Part shown: positions 45,307 through 54,658 of the stretch, one piece after another
How positions within the stretch are numbered: the stretch's first letter is position 1
How the letters are laid out: each line of letters begins with the position of its first letter
Origin: Oscillospiraceae bacterium
GTDB taxonomy: Bacteria; Bacillota; Clostridia; Oscillospirales; Oscillospiraceae
Assembly (NCBI GenBank): GCA_902768805.1
Contig: CACXMX010000002.1
Location: 6,241 to 70,240, forward strand
Reading direction: 5' to 3'
Length of the DNA: 64,000 nt
Program-made: the position numbers and the translations under genes
The notes under the pieces: generated by a model
Database searches by the model: none
Told to the model about the DNA's origin: nothing
What the model saw: only the letters and a program-made list of their open reading frames with translations

Positions 45307-46628
45307 AAAATCATCCCAAGCCAGAGCGGTGTAAATCCGGCCAGTGCGTCGCCCAGCCAGAAGCCGTAATGCTTCAGACCCATGCCCAGCCCGAACAGAA
45401 CGCTGAGCCCTATGCGAAGCACGATGCCGTCGAGGATCGCGGTGGCAAAGTTGGCTTTCGTGTTGCCGCTTCCGTTAATGAAGGCATTCATGCCCGAACG
45501 GGCGGCGGTGCCGAAGAAGAGCAGGACCGCGATCGGTATGTATTTCATTCCCACGGCGATGACCTCCGCGTCAGAGGTAAAGATGCCGTAGATCTTTTCC
45601 GGGATCGTGAGGATCAGCACCGTGAGTACGGAAGCTATTCCGGAGGTGATCGCGAAGATCGTCAGCATCACGCGGCGCACCCTGTCGTATTTCCCGGCGC
45701 CTATGTTCTGCCCCACCATGGAGGAGCCCGCCGTCGTAAACGCGTTGGAGAAAAGATTCGTCACGCTGTTGAGCTTGTTGGCGACTCCGGAGAAAGCGGA
45801 CACCGCTACGCCGTAGGAGTTGATCCACGAGTTGACGAACAGCTTGGACATCTGTACCGCGGCAGACTTTATGGCCATGGGGATCCCGAGCCGTACCAGG
45901 CGGGAGAGCATTCCCCTGTCGATGGTGAAGAATTCTCTGCCCCGGATCTCTATGCCGTATCTGTCGCGGTTTCGGAGAATGTAAACAGAAGCCATGGTAA
46001 AGGACAGCATCTGACAGAAGACCGTGGCGAGAGCCGCTCCCGCGGCTCCCATCTCAAGGACCGCAACGAAAAGAATATCCAGAAAAATGTTCGTCACGGC
46101 CGAAATGCTGATAAAGATAAAGGGCCGTACCGAGTCTCCCATGCCGCGCAGTACGGAGCTGACCATATTATATCCGTAGACAAAGATCAGTCCCCCGGTG
46201 CATATCGTGGCATAGCCCAAAGCCTCGGAGAAGGACTCCGCCGGTGTATTCATCACCCTCAGGATCGGTACGCGGAGCGCTATGCACACCGCGCTGAGGA
46301 CCGCGGCGATCGGCATGAGGAAGGAAAACATCGTTCCGATAAACCGGCTGACCTCCCCCTTCTTTCCCGCTCCGAGATACTGGGCTATGATCACCTGGCC
46401 CGCGCCGGAAAAGCCCATGGCAATGAAGGTGAGGAAGTGAGACACATCGCCCCCCACGGCCACAGCCGAAAGGCCGATCTTGCCCAGCTTTTGTCCCACT
46501 ATGATCATATCCACCATATTATACACGATCTGCAGGAGATTGGACGCGAAAAGAGGCGCGGCAAAGCTCAGCAGCTGAGGCGCCACGCTCCCCTCTGTGA
46601 AGTTGCGCACATTTGATCTTCTGTTCAC
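45243..46628 (-). CDS. MATE family efflux transporter
   Basis: 461 aa. ...PLFASNLLQIVYNMVDMIIVGQ..., 12 TM pattern. Confidence 0.9.
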   Translation of the reverse strand: MNRRSNVRNFTEGSVAPQLLSFAAPLFASNLLQIVYNMVDMIIVGQKLGKIGLSAVAVGGDVSHFLTFIAMGFSGAGQVIIAQYLGAGKKGEVSRFIGTMFSFLMPIAAVLSAVCIALRVPILRVMNTPAESFSEALGYATICTGGLIFVYGYNMVSSVLRGMGDSVRPFIFISISAVTNIFLDILFVAVLEMGAAGAALATVFCQMLSFTMASVYILRNRDRYGIEIRGREFFTIDRGMLSRLVRLGIPMAIKSAAVQMSKLFVNSWINSYGVAVSAFSGVANKLNSVTNLFSNAFTTAGSSMVGQNIGAGKYDRVRRVMLTIFAITSGIASVLTVLILTIPEKIYGIFTSDAEVIAVGMKYIPIAVLLFFGTAARSGMNAFINGSGNTKANFATAILDGIVLRIGLSVLFGLGMGLKHYGFWLGDALAGFTPLWLGMIFYLRGNWKKNGAVSGTAEEKG

Positions 46629-46630
46629 CG

Positions 46631-47530
46631 CTATTCTCCCCGTCTGAATCTGTTCCGCAGGACTTCATTCCCGGCCCGGATCTTTTCCGGGGTGATCCCG
46701 GCTTGCGCGAGCAGCTCGTATTCTCTGCGTGTCCCCTCTCCGTGGGGCACGCCCACAGCCCCCGAGTCGGATCCCGCGGCGATCAGTCCCCCCATATCGG
46801 AAAAGGCTGCCAGCGCCTCCTGCTGCACGCGCACCGTACGCTCCGCAGTGTCCCGGTCAAAGCCCGACCGCCCCACGAAGGCCGCCGTGGCGGCCAGAGT
46901 AGGGACCCACACGGTTCCTGCCTCTGCCATGGCTTCAAGAGCGGCTTTATCGGAAAAGTATCCGTGTTCCACGCTGTCGACCCCGGCCTGCGCCGCGAAA
47001 CGGACCGTTTCGGGTCCGTTGACGTGGGTCATCACGCGAAATCCTTCTCCGTGCGCGATACGCACCATTTCCTTCAGTTCCTCCGGCTCAAGCCCGGGAC
47101 AGGAAAGATCTCCGTAACGTTTGAACGTAATGATCCCGGAGGCCATGATCTTGATAAAATCTCCCCCGGCCTTTTTAACTCCCTCCGTCAGAGTGCGGAA
47201 TTCCTCCGGATCCCGCCAGCCGCGTCCCACAATGGAGCCGTAGTATCCCGCTTTATGGATGGCGTAAATCGGAGTGACCATTTCGATACCGTATTCTGCG
47301 GCCATTTCCCTGCCGATGCGGGAGACGCCCAGGGCGTCCCCTCCGTCGCGGAAATAAATCACCCCTGCTTCTTTCAGTGCGCGGAGTTCAGAGGCTATGA
47401 CGTTTCGGTCCGGACCCTTCTCATGCACGGCGCGGGACGCGGCATAATCCGCGCCTCCCATCATCAGATGGCCGTGGCACTCAAACAGTGTTTCTTTCAT
47501 GATTCCCCACATTTTCATAAAATGATTCAT
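46631..47530 (-). CDS. amidohydrolase family metal-dependent hydrolase
   Basis: 299 aa. Metal-ligand pattern with N-terminal CHGH, HVNG, VEHG and C-terminal GSDSG. GGGAG RBS. Confidence 0.7.
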   Translation of the reverse strand: MNHFMKMWGIMKETLFECHGHLMMGGADYAASRAVHEKGPDRNVIASELRALKEAGVIYFRDGGDALGVSRIGREMAAEYGIEMVTPIYAIHKAGYYGSIVGRGWRDPEEFRTLTEGVKKAGGDFIKIMASGIITFKRYGDLSCPGLEPEELKEMVRIAHGEGFRVMTHVNGPETVRFAAQAGVDSVEHGYFSDKAALEAMAEAGTVWVPTLAATAAFVGRSGFDRDTAERTVRVQQEALAAFSDMGGLIAAGSDSGAVGVPHGEGTRREYELLAQAGITPEKIRAGNEVLRNRFRRGE

Positions 47531-47584
47531 AAATAATACTCCCGGCCGTTTCGGATGTCAAATCCGGCCGCGCCGGAGCAAAGG

Positions 47585-48052
47585 ATGATAACTGTGGAAT
47601 GGGAGCTCAAACGGTTTGATGAACTGACGCTCGATGAGCTGTATGACTCGCTGCGTCTGAGAGTAAATGTGTTTGTTGTGGAACAGAAATGCCCTTATCC
47701 TGAGCTGGACGGCATCGACCGCAGCAGCCTCCATCTGCTCGGCCGGGAAGGCGGGCGGCTCCTTGCCTATCTGCGTCTTTTCCGGCGTCCGGGTGAAGAA
47801 AACACGGCGCAGCTGGGAAGGGTCGTCACCGCGGTGCGGGGAAAGGGGTACGGCGCTGAGCTTCTTCGCAGGGGTATCGCTGCGGCGGCGGAGGTTCTGC
47901 GGTGCGATGAGATCATTATTGAAGCGCAGACTTATGCTGTGGGTTTTTACGCGCGCGAGGGCTTCACCGTGTGCTCAGACGAATTTCCGGAAGATGGGAT
48001 CCCCCATGTACGGATGCGCCTGAAGATAAAAGATCGCAATTTGTCCAAATAA
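47585..48052 (+). CDS. GNAT family N-acetyltransferase (ElaA-like)
   Basis: MITVEWELKRFDELTLDELYDSLRLRVNVFVVEQKCPYPELDG... The start was moved to ATG 47585, which has a GGAG RBS. Confidence 0.8.
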   Translation: MITVEWELKRFDELTLDELYDSLRLRVNVFVVEQKCPYPELDGIDRSSLHLLGREGGRLLAYLRLFRRPGEENTAQLGRVVTAVRGKGYGAELLRRGIAAAAEVLRCDEIIIEAQTYAVGFYAREGFTVCSDEFPEDGIPHVRMRLKIKDRNLSK

Positions 48053-48055
48053 TCC

Positions 48056-48084
48056 TTGCATTCGGAACTCCGGTGTGATATTAT
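48056..48084 (+). promoter_or_regulatory. SigA-type promoter (extended -10) of secG
   Basis: TTGCAT (48056-48061), 17-nt spacer ending in TGA, TATTAT (48079-48084). Confidence 0.55.
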
Positions 48085-48149
48085 ACACTCCGCGTTTGAT
48101 GCGCATTTTCCGAACGTTTCTTTTTTATTAATAGAAAGGGTTGAATCTC

Positions 48150-48392
48150 GTGAACGCTCTCACCATCATCTTTACCGTAGTCCAGCTGCTCTCCTGCGTT
48201 TTTCTCATCGCCGTTGTGCTCCTCCAGTCCGGAAAGAGCAGCGGTCTTTCCGGCGCCGTGTCCGGCAACAGCGCCGAGACATTTTTCTCCAAGGGCAAAT
48301 CCAAGTCCCTGGACGCCACACTCGCGCGTATGACCAAATGGGTGGGCATCGTTTTCGTCGTACTGACGCTGGTTTTGAGCCTCGTTAAATAA
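48150..48392 (+). CDS. secG: preprotein translocase subunit SecG
   Basis: About 80 aa. ...LLSCVFLIAVVLLQSGKSSGLSGA... is typical of SecG. The GTG at 48150 is better spaced from the AAAGGG RBS than the track's TTG at 48141. Confidence 0.85.
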   Translation: MNALTIIFTVVQLLSCVFLIAVVLLQSGKSSGLSGAVSGNSAETFFSKGKSKSLDATLARMTKWVGIVFVVLTLVLSLVK

Positions 48393-48403
48393 ATAACACA
48401 TCA

Positions 48404-48434
48404 TCGGGGACCGCACGGATCGGTCCCCGGTTTT
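48404..48434 (+). terminator. intrinsic terminator after secG
   Basis: Stem CGGGGACCG / CGGTCCCCG followed by GTTTTT. Confidence 0.8.
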
Positions 48435-48445
48435 TATCCTTATCG

Positions 48446-48489
48446 GGAATAAGAAATGCGGGCCGCTTGACCGGCCCGCATTTCTTATT
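48446..48489. terminator. 19-bp perfect inverted repeat (convergent-gene terminator)
   Basis: GAATAAGAAATGCGGGCCG - CTTGAC - CGGCCCGCATTTCTTATTC. The right arm overlaps the stop codon of the ArsC-family gene. Confidence 0.7.
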
Positions 48490-48817
48490 CCCAGTTTTTC
48501 CACTCATCCGGACAATAGCCGACCGTGGCTTTCTTCCCGTTTCTGACAATGGGAGTCCGGATCAGAGCGGGATCCTCCAGCATATGTTCGAATTTGTCCT
48601 CTTCTCCCGCCAGATACCGCAGCAGAGCCGCGTCCGAATGGTCCTCGCGTATCAAAGCCTCCTGACCGACAGCGTTTTTCACGCTTTGAAGTTCACCGCG
48701 GCTGATGCCGAAACGGTCCAGGTCGATATACTGGACCTTAATGCGGCGTTCTTTGAACCAGCGTTCGGCTTTTTTGGTGTCGAAGCATTTTTTACGTCCC
48801 CAGATCTGTATGTTCAT
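48485..48817 (-). CDS. ArsC/Spx family (thioredoxin-fold) protein
   Basis: 110 aa. MNIQIWGRKKCFDTKKAERWFKERRIKVQYIDL... fits the ArsC/YffB-type fold. A single Cys lies near the N-terminus. Confidence 0.75.
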   Translation of the reverse strand: MNIQIWGRKKCFDTKKAERWFKERRIKVQYIDLDRFGISRGELQSVKNAVGQEALIREDHSDAALLRYLAGEEDKFEHMLEDPALIRTPIVRNGKKATVGYCPDEWKNWE

Positions 48818-48847
48818 GCGGATCCCTCCTTCTCTGCCCGGCCGATG

Positions 48848-50423
48848 TCACACCTCCGTGATCACGGGAATGATCATGGGACTTCTCTTGGTGGTTTTGT
48901 AAAGATATCCGGAAAGATTGGCCTTTACCCTTGCCTTGATCCCGGCGCGGTCGGTGATCTTATGCGCTCTGCAGTAAGCCAGGCTTTCGGCCGTGACGCG
49001 GCGGAGCTCCTCCGTCTGTCGCTCGGATTCCTTTTCGAAAACAAAGCCCCGTCCGATCAGATCGGGCTCTGACAGCAGCGATCCGTCCTCCGCCGAGATA
49101 GTCAGGACCACGACAAGCATGCCCTCCTCCGCCAGCTGCCGGCGATCTCTCTGCACGATACTGCCCACGTCTCCGGTGCCGATCCCGTCCAGGAGTACTC
49201 TTCCGGCCGCGACAGGCTCACCGAAGCGGGCCGTCTTGGCCGTAAACTCCATTGTGAGTCCGTTCTCCCCTACCAGGATCCGCCTGGGATCATGGCCGAG
49301 AGCGCGGATCATTTCCGAGCTTTTGCTGAGCATATGCCGCTCACCGTGCACCGGGACGAAAAATCTCGGCTTGGTAAGCGCGTAGATCATTTTCATCTCT
49401 TCCCGGCAGGCGTGACCCGAAACGTGAAGATCCGTGCCTCTCTCGTAGATCGCTTCCGCGCCTTTGGCCACCAGTTCGTCCACGACCCGTATCACGGCAT
49501 TCTCATTACCCGGTATGGCGGAGGCCGAGATGATGACCCTGTCGCCGGGGCCTATCTCTACCTGCCTGTGCTCGGAAAAAGCCATACGATAGAGTGCGGA
49601 CATGCTCTCTCCCTGGCTGCCGGTCGAGATGATCACCAGTCTGTCGTCCGGAACGGAGCGGATCTTCTTCATATCGATCAGGATCCCTTCGGGGACCTTC
49701 ATATAGCCCAGGCCTATGCTCAGGCGCACCGCGTTTTCCATGCTTCGTCCGCTGATGGCGACCTTCCGGCCGTATTTTTCCGCCAGTGCGATCACCTGAC
49801 GGATGCGGTCCACATTAGAGGCAAATGTGGTGAGCAACATTGGTGGAGTCCATCAGAAGGGCCAGGACGCCCGCTCGGCCCAGTTCTCCGAAGCGGGTCA
49901 GATCGGTCATTTCCCCCCGTGAGGGGGTGACGTCGATCTTGAAATCGCCGGTATGGATCACGGTTCCGACGGGTGTGTGCACGGCAAAGGCGGCAGAGTC
50001 TGCGATGGAATGATTGACATGGATGAATTCCACGGAAAAGCAGCCTGCTTCGATCGTCTCTCCGGGCTCGGCTGTGATGATTTGGGTCTTTTCCAGCAGG
50101 CCGTGCTCAGAAAGCTTCAGTTCCGCCAGTCCGGCGGTAAGGCGGCGGGCATAGATCGGCGCGCTGATCTTCTCAAGCACATAGGGAAGCGCTCCGATGT
50201 GATCCTCGTGTCCGTGCGTTAGAAAAATGCCGCGCAGCCTGCCGCGGTTTTTCACCAGCCAGCTCACATCGGGCATAACCATATCCACGCCGTACATGCT
50301 GTCATCGGGAAATCCCATCCCGCAGTCGACCAGGATCATGTCCTTCCCATACTCGTAGACCGTCATGTTCCGGCCGATCTCGTTGAGACCGCCCAGGGGA
50401 ATAATTTTCAGTTTTTTCGTCAT
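48848..50423 (-). pseudogene. rnj: ribonuclease J gene disrupted by an internal deletion/frameshift (two ORFs: 49815-50423 and 48848-49840)
   Basis: The N-terminal ORF (202 aa) carries the metallo-beta-lactamase part (HGHEDHIG ... LLMDSTN) and then runs into a stop. The C-terminal ORF (330 aa) resumes in another frame at (M)LLTTFASNVDRI. About 27 residues that separate DSTN from the FASN motif in B. subtilis RNase J1 are absent. Confidence 0.75.
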
Positions 50424-50504
50424 AATTTGCGATCGGTTTCTCCTGACAATAGTAATAATAAAATATGTATAGATAGTGAGTTTCGTATCTGATCGTGCGA
50501 AGAC

Positions 50505-51107
50505 CTACATCTCGCGGCGTCCCTCAAGAGCCTTGAGCATCGTGGCGTCGTCGGCGTATTCCAGATTCGACCCCACCGGCACGCCGAAGCCCAGGCGCGT
50601 GACCTTTACGCCGAAGGGCTGAAGAAGACGGGAAATGTACATGGCTGTCGCGTCCCCTTCCGTATCCGGATTTGTGGCCATGATGACCTCCTCCACGCCT
50701 CCGTCGGCCACACGCTGCAGCAGCTCGCGGATCCTCAGGTCATCCGGACCTATATGGTTCATCGGAGAGAGCGCCCCGTGAAGGACGTGATACAGACCGC
50801 GGTACTCCCGGCTCCGTTCGATGCTTACCACGTCTCTGGGCTCGGAAACCACACAGATCACCGTTTTGTCCCTGCCCGCGGAAGAACATACCGGGCAAAG
50901 CTCCCGGTCGGTCAGATTCTGGCAGACAGGGCATGTATGAACGTTTCTGCGGGCCTTCAGCACGGATTGCGCAAATTTCTCCGCGTCCTCCAACGGCAGG
51001 GACAGGATATGGAACGCGAGACGCTGCGCGCTTTTTCGCCCTATGCCCGGGAGAGAGGCAAAGCTGTCGATCAGCTCTTCAAAAGATGCGGGAAAAAAAG
51101 ACGCCAC
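50505..51107 (-). CDS. recR: recombination protein RecR
   Basis: 200 aa. LPGIGRKSAQRLAFH HhH, zinc finger CPVCQNLTDRELCPVC, Toprim domain. Confidence 0.95.
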   Translation of the reverse strand: MASFFPASFEELIDSFASLPGIGRKSAQRLAFHILSLPLEDAEKFAQSVLKARRNVHTCPVCQNLTDRELCPVCSSAGRDKTVICVVSEPRDVVSIERSREYRGLYHVLHGALSPMNHIGPDDLRIRELLQRVADGGVEEVIMATNPDTEGDATAMYISRLLQPFGVKVTRLGFGVPVGSNLEYADDATMLKALEGRREM

Positions 51108-51110
51108 GGC

Positions 51111-51782
51111 TCATACCTCCCTGTTGACATCATCCGCGCGCAGAGCGCGGATCGCCGCAGTCCTGTCGGAGGCGCGGAACACCGAGCTTCCCGCCACCGC
51201 CACTGTGCAGCCCGCGTCGGCGACCAGGCGGGCCGTGCGTTCGTCGATCCCGCCGTCCGTCTCAAGCACGCATTTGGGGCGCATTTTGTCGATCAGAGAA
51301 CGCACCTTGCGGATCTTCGGCAGCATATCCTCCATAAACCTCTGCCCTCCGAACCCGGGTTCCACCGTCATGACCAGCACCATGTCCAGCTCGGGCAGCC
51401 AGGGAAGGACCGCTTCCGCGCCGGTGCCCGGTTTGAGCGCAAGGCCGACCATTTTGCCTCTGTCCCGGACTTCCCTCACGGCGCGGCCGATCCCCTCCGG
51501 GGTATCGGCCTCCACATGGAACGAAACCATATCCGCGCCCGCGTCGCAGAATCGTCCCGCGTAAAGAACCGGTTCAAGGATCATCAGGTGGACGTCCATA
51601 AACATGTCCGTCGCTTTTCTCACCGAGGCTGCGACGGGCAGGCCGACGGATATGTTCGGTACGAACCTCCCGTCCATCACGTCGAAATGCAGCCAGTCCG
51701 CTCCGGCGCGTTTCACATCAGCTATTTCCTTTCCCAGATCGGCGAAATCCGCCGCCAGGATAGACGGTGCAATTCTGAGCAT
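51111..51782 (-). CDS. rpe: ribulose-phosphate 3-epimerase
   Basis: 223 aa from ATG 51782. MLRIAPSILAADFADLGKEI..., HFDVMDG, MTVEPGFGGQ. Confidence 0.93.
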   Translation of the reverse strand: MLRIAPSILAADFADLGKEIADVKRAGADWLHFDVMDGRFVPNISVGLPVAASVRKATDMFMDVHLMILEPVLYAGRFCDAGADMVSFHVEADTPEGIGRAVREVRDRGKMVGLALKPGTGAEAVLPWLPELDMVLVMTVEPGFGGQRFMEDMLPKIRKVRSLIDKMRPKCVLETDGGIDERTARLVADAGCTVAVAGSSVFRASDRTAAIRALRADDVNREV

Positions 51783-51951
51783 GGTTCGCTGTCCTCTCCA
51801 TATATGTCCGCTTCCGTACCGTTTCCTTCTTCGCAAGAACGGGATCAGGCGCAGATCACGGTTATGTACAGAATCTCCTGGGTATTATACATCCCGGTCC
51901 GGAACAAATCAACCAAGCATAAAAACTGTTTTGACCCCTCTATCTTCAATC

Positions 51952-51980
51952 TTGACGCGCCGCCGTATTGGCGATAAAAT
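51952..51980 (+). promoter_or_regulatory. SigA-type promoter of the xpaC-telA cluster
   Basis: TTGACG (51952-51957), 17-nt spacer, TAAAAT (51975-51980). Confidence 0.55.
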
Positions 51981-52039
51981 ATATCGGATAAATAACGGAG
52001 ATCATCCGTTTCATGATTCATGACAAGGAGGGACCCGGA

Positions 52040-52825
52040 ATGCGAAAAAAACGCCGCAGCGCAGGTCCGATCTATGTATTTGCCGGTGTATGGCTTCTCA
52101 GTCAGATCGCGAGCAGCAGCACCGGACTCGGGAGTCTGCTCATTTCCGCGGGCATCTCGCTGCTCGCCGCGGTCGGAGTCGGCTATCTCTTTGACAGAAA
52201 GCGTAAGAAGCAGGATGAGAAGGAGGCGGAAGAAGCCGCTGCGGCTGCCGCCGAGGAAGAGCGCCGCGCCGCGGAAAAGGCAAAGGAAGAAAGCAGTCCC
52301 TACAGCCCCGAGGTACAGGCCATCATCCGCGAGGGGCGGGTCGCGCTCAAGGAGATGGGAAGACTGTACAGTTCCATACCCGATCCGAACATCCGTTCCA
52401 AAATCAACGAGCTGATGAGCGTTTCCGACAAGATCGTACGGGACGCCATAGACGATCCCTCCGACGTGCCGCAGATCCGCAAATTTCTCGACTATTATCT
52501 CCCTACCACCATAAAACTGCTCAACGCCTATGATCGTATGAATTCTCAGGAGATATCCGGCAGCAACATTACCGGTTCCATGCAGCGCATCGAGGATATG
52601 CTTGATACGGCGATCGACGCTTATAAACGCCAGCTTGACGCGCTCTTTGCCAACCAGGCCGCCGACATCCAGATGGACATCGAGGTCATGAACGGCATGC
52701 TCGCGCGCGAAGGCCTTGGCGGAAAGAGCTATCTGGATATCAACGAATTCATGAAAAAATACGAACAGCAGCAGAAATACGCCCAGGAAAATGACATACA
52801 GAAAGGAAGTACCTCCAATGGCTGA
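52040..52825 (+). CDS. xpaC: XpaC-like (5-bromo-4-chloroindolyl phosphate hydrolysis) protein
   Basis: 261 aa from ATG 52040 (AAGGAGGG RBS). Two N-terminal TM segments, then a helical domain with ...RKFLDYYLPTTIKLLNAY... It lies immediately upstream of telA, like B. subtilis xpaC-yaaN. Confidence 0.75.
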   Translation: MRKKRRSAGPIYVFAGVWLLSQIASSSTGLGSLLISAGISLLAAVGVGYLFDRKRKKQDEKEAEEAAAAAAEEERRAAEKAKEESSPYSPEVQAIIREGRVALKEMGRLYSSIPDPNIRSKINELMSVSDKIVRDAIDDPSDVPQIRKFLDYYLPTTIKLLNAYDRMNSQEISGSNITGSMQRIEDMLDTAIDAYKRQLDALFANQAADIQMDIEVMNGMLAREGLGGKSYLDINEFMKKYEQQQKYAQENDIQKGSTSNG

Positions 52826-53978
52826 AAGCGAATACACCCCCACGCTGACTCTCAATCCCACAGAAGCCGCCGTACAGGAGGCCCCCGCCGCGCCCCAGGT
52901 CACCCTCCAGGTCGAGGAAAAAAAGCCCGAAGTCGAGCCCGAGAAGCTGGACATCGAACGTCTTTCTCCCAATGAGCAGGCGGCCGTTCGCGAGTTTGCC
53001 AAACAGATCGACGTGACTGACACCAACCTTGTTCTGTCCTATGGCTCCGCGGCCCAGAAGAATATTTCCGATTTTTCCGGACAGGCGCTGGGAAAAGTGC
53101 GTACCAAGGATATGGGTGAGGTCGGCAACATGCTCTCCAGTCTGGTTGTAGAGCTGAAAGGTCTCAATGAAGACGAAAAGCCCAAGGGTATCATGGGTCT
53201 GTTCAAAAAGGCCGAGAAAAATATCGCCGCCACCAAAGCAAAATTTGATAAGGCTGAAGTGAATGTGGACAAGATCACCCAGCAGCTCCAGCAGCATCAG
53301 GTGGTTCTTTCCCAGGACATCACGGCCATGGACAAGATGTTCGAGCTCAATCAGGCCTATTTCAAAGAACTCACCATGTACATCATTGCCGGAAAGCTGC
53401 GCGCCCAGCAGCTTCGTGAAAACGAACTGGTGGAGCTTCAGAAGAAAGCCGAAAAATCCGGTCTCCCCGAAGACGCCCAGGCCGCGAATGATTTTGCCAA
53501 TCTTATCGGCCGCTTCGAGAAGAAGCTGCACGACCTGGAGCTGACCCGGATGATCTCGCTCCAGATGGGGCCTCAGATCCGCATGATCCAGAACAACGAT
53601 CTGCTCATGACCGAAAAGATCCAGACCGCCATTGTCAACACGATCCCTCTCTGGAAACAGCAGATGGTCCTGGCGCTGAGCATGTATCATTCCCAGCAGG
53701 CGATGGAGGCCTCTCACGCCGTCTCCGAGGTCACAAACGATCTTCTTCAGCACAACGCAGAAGCCCTTCACACCGGCAGCGTAGAGGTCGCCAAGGAATC
53801 CGAGCGGGGCATCGTCGATCTTGAGACGCTCAAGAAGACCAACCAGCATCTGATAGACACATTGGAAGAAGTGCGCAAGATCCAGGATGACGGGCGCGCC
53901 CGCCGCGCAGAGGCAGAAGCCGAGCTCGGCCGCATTGAGGGAGAACTCAAGCGCAAGCTCCTGGAGATGAAAGGATAA
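52818..53978 (+). CDS. telA: TelA/YaaN toxic-anion-resistance family protein
   Basis: 386 aa from ATG 52818. ...VLSYGSAAQKNISDFSGQALGKVRTKDMGEVG... and a long helical body are typical of TelA. Confidence 0.88.
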   Translation: MAESEYTPTLTLNPTEAAVQEAPAAPQVTLQVEEKKPEVEPEKLDIERLSPNEQAAVREFAKQIDVTDTNLVLSYGSAAQKNISDFSGQALGKVRTKDMGEVGNMLSSLVVELKGLNEDEKPKGIMGLFKKAEKNIAATKAKFDKAEVNVDKITQQLQQHQVVLSQDITAMDKMFELNQAYFKELTMYIIAGKLRAQQLRENELVELQKKAEKSGLPEDAQAANDFANLIGRFEKKLHDLELTRMISLQMGPQIRMIQNNDLLMTEKIQTAIVNTIPLWKQQMVLALSMYHSQQAMEASHAVSEVTNDLLQHNAEALHTGSVEVAKESERGIVDLETLKKTNQHLIDTLEEVRKIQDDGRARRAEAEAELGRIEGELKRKLLEMKG

Positions 53979-54022
53979 ACCCTTTTTACGCTCTGCGTAC
54001 CCATTTCCGACAATGAACCACC

Positions 54023-54049
54023 ATGACCGCGGCTCTGCCGCGGTCATGA
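54023..54049 (+). terminator. 12-bp perfect hairpin after telA (no adjacent U-run)
   Basis: CATGACCGCGGC-TCT-GCCGCGGTCATG. A T-run appears only about 15 nt further on, so its terminator function is uncertain. Confidence 0.35.
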
Positions 54050-54109
54050 CAGATACGGGATCTTTTTCGTGTCCGGACCCCGGAAATACTGTAAGAGGAG
54101 GCGTTTTCC

Positions 54110-54646
54110 CTGAAACTCTTTCAGAACCGTTTTGTTGCCGTACTCATCGCCGCCGCTGTGATCGTGCTCTCCACCGTTTTTGCCGGAAGGGCGAATCTGT
54201 CACGTGCCTGCGCAGAGCAGGAGGAGGCGTTCTTTACCGTGACCGAGGGTAAGGCCCCGGTCTACTATGTGGATCAGATCATCAGCGCCTCCGCGTCCCT
54301 GGCGGACCTGGCAGAGAAGGCTGGCGCCGCCGACGCCGCCTCGGAGCTCCGCTCGGCCAGACGCGCTCTTGTCGAAGCCGAGGAGAAAAAGGATCTCTCC
54401 GATATGTACACCGCGTACCGCGCTCTTCTCGGCGCCGTGGATTCCGTTGAGCTGTCGTTTGACGACCCGACAGACCGGTCTCTGTATGAGGACTTCAAGT
54501 CCGTGATCTCAGGCGCCTCCCGCGAGCTGGAAAAATCGGATTACAACGAGAGAGTCAACGATTTTCTCATCAACACCTATTATTCCTTCCCCTCTTCCGT
54601 GTTCGCGCGGCTGTTTATGGTCGACGCGCCGGAGCTGTTCGCGTAA
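54110..54646 (+). CDS. hypothetical N-terminally membrane-anchored protein
   Basis: The track begins at GTG 54158, inside a hydrophobic helix. The frame is open from 54095, and a GAGGAG RBS (54095-54100) precedes CTG 54110, giving LKLFQNRFVAVLIAAAVIVLSTVF... The start codon is uncertain. Confidence 0.55.
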   Translation: MKLFQNRFVAVLIAAAVIVLSTVFAGRANLSRACAEQEEAFFTVTEGKAPVYYVDQIISASASLADLAEKAGAADAASELRSARRALVEAEEKKDLSDMYTAYRALLGAVDSVELSFDDPTDRSLYEDFKSVISGASRELEKSDYNERVNDFLINTYYSFPSSVFARLFMVDAPELFA

Positions 54647-54658
54647 AGGAGGTACGGT

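Noticed and set aside
51845-54047. Two long minus-strand ORFs (393 aa and 432 aa) opposite xpaC and telA
   Set aside because: The plus-strand frames carry recognisable XpaC/TelA sequence, good RBSs and a promoter. The minus-strand translations are repetitive and have no start signals.
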